Shown one piece after another: positions 63,853-64,000 of a DNA stretch of 64,000 nt (the stretch's first letter is position 1; each line of letters starts with the position of its first letter). Made by a program: the position numbers and the translations under genes. Source of the stretch: a virus (lineage: Duplodnaviria; Caudoviricetes). The stretch covers positions 1 to 64,000 of IMG/VR virus record IMGVR_UViG_3300031760_000029. The stretch is one strand, 5' to 3'. A model generated the notes under the pieces. That model was not told the DNA's origin, made no database searches, and saw nothing but the letters and a program-made list of their open reading frames with translations.

Positions 63853-64000
63853 ATGAAACAAATTTATGTTGCAGATGACGGCAAACAGTTCGACACGGCA
63901 GAGGCTTGCGAGATGTACGAAGCCAAGAAGAACAGAGTAGAAGAAGAGCGTAAGAAGAAAGATATCGAACGCAAGAGACGTCTGAAGGAAGTCAATGATG
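63853..64000 (+). CDS. Hypothetical protein, truncated at window end
   Basis: AAAGGGG RBS; MKQIYVADDGKQFDT... Confidence 0.55.
   Translation, partial: MKQIYVADDGKQFDTAEACEMYEAKKNRVEEERKKKDIERKRRLKEVND

Noticed and set aside
1-64000. Stop-codon reassignment
   Set aside because: Genes tile densely under code 11 and end at TAA, TGA and TAG; the only interruptions are explained by introns; no suppressor tRNA.

Overview
64 kb from a large temperate tailed phage (or prophage) of a low-GC Bacillota host, probably Clostridia/Lachnospiraceae-like; the host is inferred from AGGAGG-type RBSs, a GAAC-N4-GTTC LexA box and overall composition. Gene order follows Bacillus phage SPbeta. Positions 1-22.7 kb (minus strand) carry a YonO-like single-subunit RNA polymerase, HU, ClpP, a metallophosphoesterase, two tRNAs, terminase, portal, protease/scaffold, major capsid and neck genes. 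Two group I introns interrupt these genes: an HNH-carrying one immediately before the RNAP catalytic motif and a LAGLIDADG-carrying one in a neck gene; both splice junctions restore the reading frame. A non-coding strand switch at 22.7-23.4 kb holds a 27-bp palindrome, direct repeats and a G-rich tract. The plus strand then carries a sigma-like gene, a ~420-nt structured RNA candidate, ~20 kb of early/accessory genes, an SPbeta-like recombinase/DGQHR/dead-recombinase repressor module, a LexA-boxed small gene, replication genes (SSB-like, AAA ATPase, DnaB-like helicase) split by a cassette block, an RNA ligase and a cysteine desulfurase. The most unusual signals are: (1) an array of small genes nearly all delimited by a fixed T(A/G)AAA-N6-TTT(T/C/G)A palindrome at the stop/RBS junction, with a related copy in front of a tyrosine recombinase; (2) a second pool of genes built from shuffled sub-gene modules joined at an AAGGCAGAAAG(C/T)GAGG junction; (3) a family of ACGCG-rich promoters; (4) a 29-aa Flp-pilin mimic; (5) a multi-pseudoknot RNA between terL and portal. 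Family assignments come from motif recognition by eye; no database search was run.
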